A stretch of 64,000 bases of DNA from Opitutales bacterium (GTDB taxonomy: Bacteria; Verrucomicrobiota; Verrucomicrobiia; Opitutales; JABSRG01). Positions 38,956-48,107 of the stretch are shown one piece after another (position 1 is the first letter of the stretch; each line of letters begins with the position of its first letter). The notes under the pieces are model-generated. The model was given only the letters and a program-made list of their open reading frames with translations. It was not told the DNA's origin and did no database searches. Location of the stretch: NCBI GenBank assembly GCA_028280845.1, contig JANQKZ010000041.1, positions 8,549 through 72,548 of the forward strand. Reading direction: 5' to 3'. The translations under genes were made by a program, and so were the position numbers.

Positions 38956-39964
38956 ACGTAGATTTTAAATACCTCCTTACGGGTTCCACTTTTTTATGAG
39001 GTTGGTCACTCGGGAAGGGTGGCCCATATTCAGCCGATCAGCAATCCAGGGATTATTTGCTGTGGTTTTTGACCTCAGGATAAAAGCGATTCTGGATTTC
39101 CATTCCGCCCCTTTGGGTGAGTGAGCAAGGTCATTTTCGGTTTTTCTCAGAAGCTTCAATTCATCCACCACCAAGTTCTCCCATTTTGACTCATTCAACA
39201 CTTTTAGATCTACTCCTTCCCATTCCACATCTGGATTTTCCCTGGTTATTTTCTTTTGAAGAGCCTGCTTTTCATCGTTCGAGCCAATAAACCAACCCTG
39301 GACATATTGGCTGGCCTGCTTTTTCAACTCAGAAGACTCCATCTTCTCATAACCCTTCAAATGGTTCGCATACCGGCGCACTCCGGCCCGAGTGTCAGGA
39401 AACCCCAGCTGTGACAGGAAACCTCCACGGCATAATCCTCTTCGGATTGATTCCTTAAAAAACTTCGGATAACTCGATAGAGGATACTCTCTCAATTCGT
39501 TAACAGAGACCAATCCGGCCCGAACGGGGTTGAGGTGGATGTAATCCACTAATCCGGACAAACTCCCGTCCTCTCCAACAATAAGCGACTTATACCTCCC
39601 CTGGAAGACATGCCCCCGCTCATTCCTCAATCGGTTAAAACGGGTGGCAAAGGTACTTTGCAACCACCGCATTCCCGCCACCAGATTCGGTTCTGGAGTC
39701 TCCACCGCCAGATGGTAGTGATTACTCATAATGACGTAGGCATGCATCTGCCATCCACACCGCTCTACCGCCTCAAACAAGGCCTTCTCGAAGGATTGTC
39801 CCGTCTGTTCCTTCAGAAACAATTCCTTGCGGTAATTCCCACGACTGATCACGTGGTACACCGCCCCAGGATATTCGATGCGCTGTTTCCTTGGCACATC
39901 AAACACTCCAGGTCAGTCATATTTGAAGGTCAATATTTAAATTATACGTTTGACCCCTTATTCC
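38941..39964. mobile_element. about 1-kb element: Y1 (IS200/RAYT-like) transposase gene flanked by terminal inverted repeats
   Basis: Left AAGGGGTCAAACGTAGATTTTAAATA (38946..38971) matches the reverse complement of 39934..39959 (AAGGGGTCAAACGTATAATTTAAATA), 24 of 26 by hand. The match is loosely extendable to 38941 and 39964. Both repeats abut or overlap the ends of truncated flanking genes. Confidence 0.7.
38977..39906 (-). CDS. IS200-like/REP-associated tyrosine (Y1, HUH) transposase with a DnaA-C-like HTH tail
   Basis: 309 aa. YHVISRGN, HUH motif SNHYHLAV, GHVFQGRYKS, and the tyrosine-helix context VDYIHLNPVRAGLV. The C-terminal ~50 aa (KSRIAFILRSKTTANNPWIADRLNMGHPSRVTNLIKKW) resemble DnaA domain IV. 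Confidence 0.8.
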   Translation of the reverse strand: MFDVPRKQRIEYPGAVYHVISRGNYRKELFLKEQTGQSFEKALFEAVERCGWQMHAYVIMSNHYHLAVETPEPNLVAGMRWLQSTFATRFNRLRNERGHVFQGRYKSLIVGEDGSLSGLVDYIHLNPVRAGLVSVNELREYPLSSYPKFFKESIRRGLCRGGFLSQLGFPDTRAGVRRYANHLKGYEKMESSELKKQASQYVQGWFIGSNDEKQALQKKITRENPDVEWEGVDLKVLNESKWENLVVDELKLLRKTENDLAHSPKGAEWKSRIAFILRSKTTANNPWIADRLNMGHPSRVTNLIKKWNP

Positions 39965-40374
39965 TCTCTAAATAATCCCATAAATTGATTGGATCATTCC
40001 CCACGAATTGATAGAGGTTTATTCCGCCAGCTTCTCCCAATGGATCCCGGTTGAGGAACCGTCCAAATTCTGGAGCGTAGAAACGATACCCGAAGTAATG
40101 CAGCCCGGACTCGCGGTCCACCATCTTCGTGCTGAAGCGGATGGGGTCATGGGCGGCCAAGGTGCTACTTTCCGATTCCCGGATCAGCTCCCCGTAGGGA
40201 CCGTATTAATAAACAGCCTCGACGGTGAAGACGCCCAGGCTCTCCTTGAGCAGGCTGGTCACATTGCCATTTCCATCGTAGGTCGGATAGTACCGCCCCT
40301 GCCCGGCAATTTGCCGCCAACACCGCCTGCGGTCTGGTAGCCTCCATTCAGGTCCAGGCCCCAGCCGAATTTAC
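39942..40374 (-). pseudogene. decayed orphan Rhs core-end fragment (no toxin tip)
   Basis: DNA is homologous to 42598..43019 of the main rhs gene. It carries an in-frame TAA where the main gene has GAA (VY*YGPYGEL vs VYEYGPYGEL) and a 13-bp deletion (GGCAATTTGCCGCC vs GGCAATTTCCATCCAGAGCATGCCGCC). The reading frame ends 8 codons after WDYL, inside the transposase-element repeat. Confidence 0.85.
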
Positions 40375-40455
40375 CCTGTCAATTATCAAGATATGATCCT
40401 TCAATCGCCCCTGTGAGTAATGTTAATCATTCTACGTTTGCACCTTTTCAAATAT

Positions 40456-40995
40456 TCAGATCAATTTCAAATACTGGAGCCGACCGTCCTCAAAAATACC
40501 TTTGTAACCCATAGTCTCCACATCTCTCATCTCGGAAGTCCGTGCAAAATAGTCTTGGATGATTGTTCTTTTTCTTCGTTCAGTAGTAAAAACGATGTAG
40601 GGCTCAATTGCATTTTGAAAGTCGCAACCCATCCTAAGACAACAATCTTCCGCTATCGAAAGACTAACCAAAACATCTCTCCAATCTAAAATGTCACGGT
40701 CAACACAAAGCGCCCATAAATTATCATTGAGAAAGCGAGTGTTGTTACTTTCAACAGCATATACTGCCATTCTCAATGAAAAGATAGCCAAATTGTAGGC
40801 GTCACCACTTGTAAGTTTACCGAAAACATCAATAACCTCAGTAAGATTTAAATTAAATCCGTTTGGAAATAATTCAGAAAATCTCAACTCTCCATCGATC
40901 GGAAATTTCACTTCACCGCCAAGAGGATAATCAAAATCTGGGGGGCAGTTTTCCAGAAATGCATAAACTTTTTGTTTAACAAACTCTGATTTCAT
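40456..40995 (-). CDS. hypothetical cytoplasmic protein, candidate (orphan) immunity protein
   Basis: 179-aa ORF in a visibly AT-rich stretch between the rhs-proximal small gene and the orphan Rhs fragment. No signal peptide and no family recognised. Confidence 0.4.
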   Translation of the reverse strand: MKSEFVKQKVYAFLENCPPDFDYPLGGEVKFPIDGELRFSELFPNGFNLNLTEVIDVFGKLTSGDAYNLAIFSLRMAVYAVESNNTRFLNDNLWALCVDRDILDWRDVLVSLSIAEDCCLRMGCDFQNAIEPYIVFTTERRKRTIIQDYFARTSEMRDVETMGYKGIFEDGRLQYLKLI

Positions 40996-41160
40996 ATCAA
41001 CTCACGGCGCAATCAAAACTCCTCCACGAGAAATCACTCTCTGTTTCCCTCTAAGGTATTGTCCCATTTCTGTACCAACGCGCCCATTAACTGGCGATTA
41101 GAACAGTCAAGGAACCGTTGCCTAAAGGTTTCGGCCCTGATGGATGACCTCTAAAATTGC

Positions 41161-41529
41161 CTACAATACGAAGACAAGCGGCAATTTAAGTTTATGCGCT
41201 CTCTCGCAAAGAGCACTCAGAGAATTTATAAAATCAACCACATCTGAGTCGAGATCCAGAGAAGCAAATTCTGATCTAATTACTTTCCCTGCCTTATTCA
41301 GGTTTCTGCCTACTTCCTCTTGTTCATATTCGTCAACAAGAGCTCCGCATATCTGGTTAAAACGCCTGAAGACTCCAGCATCCCAAATTCGGTAAAACAA
41401 ATCATCGTCGTCTAATTTAATACGCTCAACATCTAGTCCTTGTATAACATCGTCATCTCGTATCCTCTTTAGGGCGCCCTCACTTAGAGGGAGTACGATA
41501 CTTCTTCTATATAGCTCTGACGTAAACAT
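41161..41529 (-). CDS. small acidic protein, candidate cognate immunity protein of the Rhs toxin
   Basis: An ATG at 41529 (MFTSELYRR...) lies 7 nt after the rhs stop codon (41537..39). 122 aa, acidic, no signal peptide, AT-rich. The track ORF start at 41586 would overlap rhs by 50 nt. Confidence 0.55.
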   Translation of the reverse strand: MFTSELYRRSIVLPLSEGALKRIRDDDVIQGLDVERIKLDDDDLFYRIWDAGVFRRFNQICGALVDEYEQEEVGRNLNKAGKVIRSEFASLDLDSDVVDFINSLSALCERAHKLKLPLVFVL

Positions 41530-41536
41530 AAATCTG

Positions 41537-44500
41537 TTAATATATAATAAAGTGCGACAACTCTTGTCGACTATTAGGTATGACATTACCCATCATATCC
41601 AGATATTTACCATTCTTTCCTCCGATTTTATTCGGTTGAAAGATTCTGAAGTACCCACCATCCAAGTCCTCGACGATCTGTCGACCTGTTTTAGCATTCT
41701 CATATATTCGCTTATTTGACTTTGTTACCCAAGTGGTTATTTCACCACCATCTCCAAGATGACGTGTAATTGCTTTGGTAATATCAGCCTTCATCCAATT
41801 ATGCCCCCACTTCAGTCTTCTGGCTAGCCCAGGGGCGATCTCGCCTGCCGCCTTAGCGCCTCCTTTTTTAGCTGTAAAAATCACGCCAAGCTTGGCTGTC
41901 CCTATTGCTCCAAGTTTTCCTGCCCCCTTTACTACAGCTGTCGCGGCAGCTTTCACCAAAAAGACATCGGTGACCGCAATAGCGGAATTTACTATTCCCC
42001 AGCCCCATCTTCCATTTTGGAAATCGTTAACGGCGGCACGACCCGAGCCCCAGACAGGAATTAAGCCTTCCCAGAAACCTGGCGCACCTACACCTTTTTC
42101 AATAGCTGCAAAATTGTCCTCTACCAAGTCATCCCAATAGCCGGACCTAAAGTCTTTGGCTACCTGGCTATACATGTCTGCCTCGTGGGACATTTCATCG
42201 ATAAGGTAATCATCGGCTACATTTCCACCCCACGCAAATTGATCACTCCTAAAGCCATCCACGGTGTAAGAGTTCTGCCAGGGAGCAAAATTATTTACGT
42301 AAAGGTGTCCAGTACTAGGGGTGATCCATTCAATTACCTCAAATGTATCTAAAGTTTGTATCCCGGAAGTACTGCCCTTATTACTGCTCGAGGTTCCCAC
42401 ATTGGCGTAAACCACGAACGGATCCAAGGTTTGGATGGGCCCCTCACTTTGCTCAAAAATCTGATAATGTTTTCCGTACTCGCCCCGCATTAAGTCCTCA
42501 ACTGTGATCTCACTTTGAGGTAGGGTACTGTCACCAGAATAGTAATTTTGACTGGATAACCCAGGGCCCATATCCAGCATCAAGGTTTGAAGGGTAAGGC
42601 CCAGGTAATCCCAGTTATTTATCGGATCATTCCCGGCAAACCGGTAAAGATTCGAGCCACCGGCTTCTCCCAGTGGATCCCGGTTAAGGAACCGTCCAAA
42701 TTCAGGAGCGTAGAAGCGATACCCGAAGTAATGTAGCCCAGACTCGCGGTCCACCATCTTGGTGCTGAAGCGAATCGGATCATGGGCGGCCAAGGTGCTA
42801 CTTTCCGATTCCCGGATCAGCTCCCCGTAGGGACCGTATTCATAAACGGCCTCGACGGTGAAGACCCCTAGGCTCTCCTTCAACAGGCTGGTCACATTGC
42901 CATTGCCATCGTAGGTCGGATAGTACCGTCCCTGCCCGGCAATTTCCATCCAGAGCATGCCGCCGACACCGCCCGCGGTCTGGTAGCCCCCGTTCAGGTC
43001 CAGGCCCCAGCCGAATTTACGGACGATGGAGGAGCCATTGGTCTCCATGACGAGGTTCCACCCTTCGTAGACGTATTTGCGGGTCTTCGCGGGAGCTCCG
43101 GTGAAAGTGTTGGAGGCGTTCCAAACCTGCTTTCCTACCCGACGGCCCATGTAGTCGTAGGTGAACTGGATGGACACTCCATTGTTCACCGTAGCACTCC
43201 ACATCCGATAGATACGGTTCTCTCCATCATAAATGAAATTCCAGAGACTATCTTGAGTAGGATTCCCATTATCATCGAAATTCACCAACTCCGTATCATT
43301 TCTGCTAGCGGCATTTCGGTTTTCTGAAATAAGGAGATCAGCCCCACCTGCCCCTGCCCCAGCGAGCCCTGCATATAAGGTAATCGCATTATTGGCAGCA
43401 CTGGTGCTGCTGGTCTCATATCTATGGTAGAAATGTCCGCCATTCATTGTGGCGGCATCCTTTGTGCTTCCTGCCGTTTCCCCTACAAATACCTGGATTG
43501 GGCGGGATGGTGCACTGGTGGACTCGTCGTAGTTTACAAAGCCTTCTGTATGGATACTCGTATCGGGAAAACGGGTCGTAATTTCATTTGCCTGATTTAA
43601 TGCAGGACCGATGGTGGTATGGCTGGTATCCCTTGAATAGGATATTCTATTTCCTGCGTTGTCATACCCATATGTAAATGTCCTTCCCGGGACCGTGACT
43701 TTGCCCCCTGTATTTAAATCGCCGCTGTAGTAGGTAATGAACTGTTCCAATTCATTGCGATCCGTGTAACTGAAGGTTTTCAGCAGGCCGTCCTCCGGGT
43801 AATTGGCGTAGGACTGGCCCGTCATGAGCTCCTTGGACCGACGGCCCAGGAGATCATGTACATACTCTGATTTATGAAACGGACTCGCGCTGGCCGTCCC
43901 CAGGTGGGCGGAAATGGATTTGAGGAGGTTCCGGTAGTTGTCGTAGTTGTGGACCCGGTCTATATCATGGGGGCCGTCGATTTTTCGCACCAGCCCGTTG
44001 GGCCGCATGTTGTAGGTGAAGGTATAGCCATCGATGACCGCCCGGTCCAGCGTCCCATTATCCGCTCGGTAGTAAAAATAATTACTCAGCTCCGTATCCC
44101 CGCCCTTCTGTACATAATATCCCTGGTATCGGTAAGAGGAATCGTATTGGTGACGGATGGTTACTGAGTCTCCCGTATAATAGCTTCCCAGGGTTTCCGT
44201 GATGAGCTGCCCGTGCGTCAGGTCATAGTAGTGCGTTCGGGATCCGATTGCATCCACGACGCTGGATATGTTTCCCAGGCGGTTGTAATTGTAGTTGATA
44301 TTGGTCGTCGTCGGGTCGGCAGCCCCTCCCGATTGGAAATACTGTATTTCGTTCATCGACCCATCCTTCGAATAATAGGAATAGGTCGTATAATTCCCCT
44401 CCGGGTGGGTCCGTCGGATGAGCTGGTTCTGCGCATTGTAGAGGTAGGCGGTTGTTTTGCTTTTTCCGTCGACCTTGCTGTTAAGTAACCCCGAAGGCAC

Positions 44501-47500
44501 ATCATAATTCCAGCTTACCGTTTGAATATTGGACTCCGATCCGGGCCAACTGGAAGATGACCAAACGGAAGAAGTGCCACCAAAGGTGTGCATCTTTAAT
44601 AACTCTCCAAACACACTATATTCGTAACGGACAGGATTGGGCACATCTCCCCATATTTTTTCCAGTTCCCCTCCGTAGGTGTAATCAAAATAGGTCCGTT
44701 TGGATAAGGCGTTCTGGGTATAATCGATCAAACCGGTATTGGCATAAAAATACTTCTCCAGGCTGATCTCGGTCCCCGAATCATCCCTGGTCTTTACCTC
44801 GGTAAGTCGGGCCTTGGTCGAGTCATATATGTATTTCGTCCAGACACTGCGGTTATCCAACCCCTCGGCGGCGTTCACAGATCCGTCGTTATCAGTTTGA
44901 TCCGCCTCCGTCAACCTCCCCAAGCCATCGTAGCCGTAGACCGTAAAGGCGCCTGTCGATAGGGCCGACCTCCATAATAATCCGTTAATCAGGGTTCCGC
45001 TATCCTTTGCACTGTTGGCGTATTCCGTGAGCTCGGTTGTCAGGGTCAGTGGTTTATTGGCCCCATTACTGGTCGAGGTCACCTTAGAGGTCTGTTCCAA
45101 TACGCCGTTCAGGCCTTTGTATTTAGTCTCAAAAACAACGCCCCCGGAATAGGTAAGACGGGTCTCCCGGCTGCTGGTAATCAGCTTGCTCGTGGAATTA
45201 TTTTCCCGGTGATAGGTGCGGTATTTCGTGATCGCCCACCAGTCCGAGCTCACCTCCTCAAAGAAGGTGGCGTCTCTCTCCAATATCCGGTCCTGGTTCA
45301 GGGTGAGCGCATTATTCCCATCCAGGTCGAGATAGGACTGCTTCAACGCTCCAATCTCATAATAAGTAAAGCGGGTATCATTTTGCCCCGGAGTGGATAT
45401 CTTCAGGAGCTGTCCGGCTCCGACCTGGTTGTCTCCAATATATTCGTAGGTCGTGGTGATATCCCCGCTGGAATTCGTGTGGTTCGGTGTGACCTCCTTC
45501 GTAACCCGGCCCAGCCAGTCACGCGTGGTTTCAATTTTTCGAGTGGTGCTGCCACCAATGAATTGAGTAGCCACCTCACCCAAACTGGTTACAGAATAAT
45601 CGAATTCCTGGTCCACAATGGGATTCCAGTGAGGATCCGCAGCCGGGGCTCCAATCGAAGACCTACCGCCAATCTGATAATCTATTCGGCCATCATTGTA
45701 AAATTTGGTTACGAAGAAATTCGCCAGGGGGGTGTAGGAAGCTCCATTATCAAGAAGGTACTCGGTCCGCAGTTGGCCCCGGTAGCCATCCACCACGTCC
45801 CAACTGTAGGCAATACCCGTCCCATCCGGTTTCGTTTCCTCACGAAGGCGACCGCCCAGGTCGTATTCCCAGGATTCGGTTATCGACTCTCCGGATCCGC
45901 TGACCACTTTGTCGGTGGCATGCCCCATGGCATCGTAGGTCAGGGTCGTGACAATGTCGTTATGAGAGTAGCCGGATATCCCGCTGAACCCTTTCTTGGT
46001 TATGGTTCCAGGACGGCCCAGGTTGTCGTACGATGCATATTCGGTTCTTACTCCGGTTTCATCCACGGCATAATCCAGGAGTCCGTTTACATAGCCGAGC
46101 TCTACGGATTGCCCCTTCGAGTTGGTGGCCGTGGCGAGACGGTTTCCATTCTCGTAGGTAAAGGTGCTGGAAGATACTTCGGCAAAATTGGAATCGGTAA
46201 GGGTTCCGGATCCTGTTCCCCGATACACATAAGTGGCCCGTGCCACAATATTGCCTGCAACATCCCTTTCAACCCGCTCCATAGTGGATTGCTTGGGGAT
46301 TAAGTAAATATCCTCAACGTCACGGTCCGGATAGCCTCCGGTCGGGTCGAATCGGGTCATCTGGATTGCGCCGGAGACAGAGTTGCTGACCCCATTAAAG
46401 GAATACTCCACCCAATTACTTCCACTTTGCTCATGATAAAACGACTTCCGGGTATTGTCCGGGTAGGTAATCGAGATCAAGAGCCCCTCGAAATCGTTTC
46501 TGGGGGTCTGGATCGGCTCATAGGATTTAATGATCGTTTCCAGGTAGTCATTGGCTCCCGAGCTGTAATACTCCCGCTTGGTCGTAGTCAGGATTTGCTT
46601 GGAATTGAATGAACCTACGCCGTTATAAGAAAAGGTCTTTTTACTCAGGGTGGTAGACCCCACTTTGGTTAAAATTTGTGTAGGATACTCACGATAATAT
46701 GCAGGCCCCACACCGGATATCTGGTTGTCCCCCACATAGTAGAATGAAGTCACTTTGCTGGAAGCACTGGCTTGCGAGGGATGTGTTTGGGTCGATTTCC
46801 AGGGCTCATAGGTCGTTTTCACCAAGCCGAAGGAAAAGATATCGTTATCGTATTCGAATTTCTTCCAACCCCCTTCCGGTTTCAGGTAGGACTCCAGGCG
46901 GCGGTAGGATTCCTTATTGCTTGAATTCGTGTAGTAATAGTAAAGCCCGGTATACCGCACCCCGTCGGGGTCAGGCCTGGACACCCGCATTTCCTCTTCA
47001 CCTCCGATAACATCATATTCCTTCTCTTCCTTGAAATGAGTCGTCGTTCCATCGGTAATCTCAATCACATCCAGGTGGGTCCCGACCACCCCACTCCCAT
47101 TTCTGGTCCGGGTCTCCACGTAGTCCCAATTATAGGAAGCCCCATTGTAAGCGCCCCGCTTCAGTGTCCAAACCGGCCCCGTCGCGTTATAGGTCACATG
47201 GTAGGTTTGCCCATACCCGCCTTTTGACTTTCTGATCTGGAACTGGTTGTTAGCCGGTTTCTCAATCAGATACTCATAATAATAATCATTCAGGTCGGCA
47301 GCATGGATGGTAAACAGGCCGCTTCCCGACCAACTCGAATTTTCCAGGTCAGCCCTGTTATAAAATCGGATTTTATAACCATCCAGTGCAGGAGAAGCAT
47401 ACTCATCTCTAATATCCACCAAAAGGGATGGGGTCACAATTTGGCGCAGAACGCCTGAATTATGGTGCACATAAACGCCCACCACCGGCGAATTGGAGTA

Positions 47501-48091
47501 CTTCAATAAGCTGGGCGAGTAGATGCTCGCACTGAGGTTTTCCTCATGGATGGACAATTCACCAACCGGTTTTCCATTCGGCAAATACCCAAGCCCCACA
47601 CTCCAGTGAACACTGCTTAGAGCGAAACCGAGATCACTCCCTGCACCCCCACCATAATTGTCTTTGGGTAAAACGACCACAACCACTTCCTCATTGACTG
47701 GAATACTCCCCGCGGTCCCCGTAGCCTCCGCAGTCAGGACGGATGCGCCATCCAGATAGATTTGATACCCGGGAGGCGCATAGAGAAATACTGTGTTTCC
47801 GGTACAAAACTCAGATGAGAGCGTCATCACATATTCTTTCCCGAGTTCGATGTCCGTAATCTCCTCACTGGAGTATTCTGGAGCGCCGTTGACCCCATAC
47901 ACCGTGGGTCCCGCCGTTCCGAGATTGGCCGAAAACTCGGCGATGTCGTTTTGCCCATCCCCGGCATCATTTCCCATCGTGACATATAGCCCGATTGGAA
48001 CCGAAATCGGATTCTCAATGGACGCGCCCAGCAGCCCCGTTACTCCAACCACCAGAAAGGTGGAAATGATTCGTCCCCATGAATAGGTCAT
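41537..48091 (-). CDS. Rhs/YD-repeat polymorphic toxin with an N-terminal Sec-type signal and a 352-aa variable C-terminal tip
   Basis: 2184 aa. Signal-like N-terminus (IISTFLVVGVTGLLGAS). Dozens of YD repeats (YDAMGH, YDLGGRL, YDNLGR, YDGLGRL...). Core end PIRFSTKMVDRESGLHYFGYRFYAPEFGRFLNRDPLGEAGGSNLYRFAGNDPINNWDYLGL, then an unrelated lower-GC tail. Confidence 0.95.
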   Translation of the reverse strand: MTYSWGRIISTFLVVGVTGLLGASIENPISVPIGLYVTMGNDAGDGQNDIAEFSANLGTAGPTVYGVNGAPEYSSEEITDIELGKEYVMTLSSEFCTGNTVFLYAPPGYQIYLDGASVLTAEATGTAGSIPVNEEVVVVVLPKDNYGGGAGSDLGFALSSVHWSVGLGYLPNGKPVGELSIHEENLSASIYSPSLLKYSNSPVVGVYVHHNSGVLRQIVTPSLLVDIRDEYASPALDGYKIRFYNRADLENSSWSGSGLFTIHAADLNDYYYEYLIEKPANNQFQIRKSKGGYGQTYHVTYNATGPVWTLKRGAYNGASYNWDYVETRTRNGSGVVGTHLDVIEITDGTTTHFKEEKEYDVIGGEEEMRVSRPDPDGVRYTGLYYYYTNSSNKESYRRLESYLKPEGGWKKFEYDNDIFSFGLVKTTYEPWKSTQTHPSQASASSKVTSFYYVGDNQISGVGPAYYREYPTQILTKVGSTTLSKKTFSYNGVGSFNSKQILTTTKREYYSSGANDYLETIIKSYEPIQTPRNDFEGLLISITYPDNTRKSFYHEQSGSNWVEYSFNGVSNSVSGAIQMTRFDPTGGYPDRDVEDIYLIPKQSTMERVERDVAGNIVARATYVYRGTGSGTLTDSNFAEVSSSTFTYENGNRLATATNSKGQSVELGYVNGLLDYAVDETGVRTEYASYDNLGRPGTITKKGFSGISGYSHNDIVTTLTYDAMGHATDKVVSGSGESITESWEYDLGGRLREETKPDGTGIAYSWDVVDGYRGQLRTEYLLDNGASYTPLANFFVTKFYNDGRIDYQIGGRSSIGAPAADPHWNPIVDQEFDYSVTSLGEVATQFIGGSTTRKIETTRDWLGRVTKEVTPNHTNSSGDITTTYEYIGDNQVGAGQLLKISTPGQNDTRFTYYEIGALKQSYLDLDGNNALTLNQDRILERDATFFEEVSSDWWAITKYRTYHRENNSTSKLITSSRETRLTYSGGVVFETKYKGLNGVLEQTSKVTSTSNGANKPLTLTTELTEYANSAKDSGTLINGLLWRSALSTGAFTVYGYDGLGRLTEADQTDNDGSVNAAEGLDNRSVWTKYIYDSTKARLTEVKTRDDSGTEISLEKYFYANTGLIDYTQNALSKRTYFDYTYGGELEKIWGDVPNPVRYEYSVFGELLKMHTFGGTSSVWSSSSWPGSESNIQTVSWNYDVPSGLLNSKVDGKSKTTAYLYNAQNQLIRRTHPEGNYTTYSYYSKDGSMNEIQYFQSGGAADPTTTNINYNYNRLGNISSVVDAIGSRTHYYDLTHGQLITETLGSYYTGDSVTIRHQYDSSYRYQGYYVQKGGDTELSNYFYYRADNGTLDRAVIDGYTFTYNMRPNGLVRKIDGPHDIDRVHNYDNYRNLLKSISAHLGTASASPFHKSEYVHDLLGRRSKELMTGQSYANYPEDGLLKTFSYTDRNELEQFITYYSGDLNTGGKVTVPGRTFTYGYDNAGNRISYSRDTSHTTIGPALNQANEITTRFPDTSIHTEGFVNYDESTSAPSRPIQVFVGETAGSTKDAATMNGGHFYHRYETSSTSAANNAITLYAGLAGAGAGGADLLISENRNAASRNDTELVNFDDNGNPTQDSLWNFIYDGENRIYRMWSATVNNGVSIQFTYDYMGRRVGKQVWNASNTFTGAPAKTRKYVYEGWNLVMETNGSSIVRKFGWGLDLNGGYQTAGGVGGMLWMEIAGQGRYYPTYDGNGNVTSLLKESLGVFTVEAVYEYGPYGELIRESESSTLAAHDPIRFSTKMVDRESGLHYFGYRFYAPEFGRFLNRDPLGEAGGSNLYRFAGNDPINNWDYLGLTLQTLMLDMGPGLSSQNYYSGDSTLPQSEITVEDLMRGEYGKHYQIFEQSEGPIQTLDPFVVYANVGTSSSNKGSTSGIQTLDTFEVIEWITPSTGHLYVNNFAPWQNSYTVDGFRSDQFAWGGNVADDYLIDEMSHEADMYSQVAKDFRSGYWDDLVEDNFAAIEKGVGAPGFWEGLIPVWGSGRAAVNDFQNGRWGWGIVNSAIAVTDVFLVKAAATAVVKGAGKLGAIGTAKLGVIFTAKKGGAKAAGEIAPGLARRLKWGHNWMKADITKAITRHLGDGGEITTWVTKSNKRIYENAKTGRQIVEDLDGGYFRIFQPNKIGGKNGKYLDMMGNVIPNSRQELSHFIIY

Positions 48092-48107
48092 TTTAAATTC
48101 CTCCAGT

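Noticed and set aside
40420-40450. Possible third, degenerate copy of the transposase-element repeat (TCTACGTTTGCACCTTTT vs TATACGTTTGACCCCTTA).
   Set aside because: Only an 8-nt core (TACGTTTG) matches exactly. A match of that length is expected by chance about once or twice in a 64-kb window on two strands.
41537-48091. Type VI secretion-dependent delivery of the Rhs protein.
   Set aside because: No PAAR, VgrG, Hcp or adaptor (DUF1795/DUF4123-type) genes were seen in the window, and the protein starts with a signal-peptide-like segment. This cannot be excluded for the rest of the genome, so it is recorded only as unsupported here.
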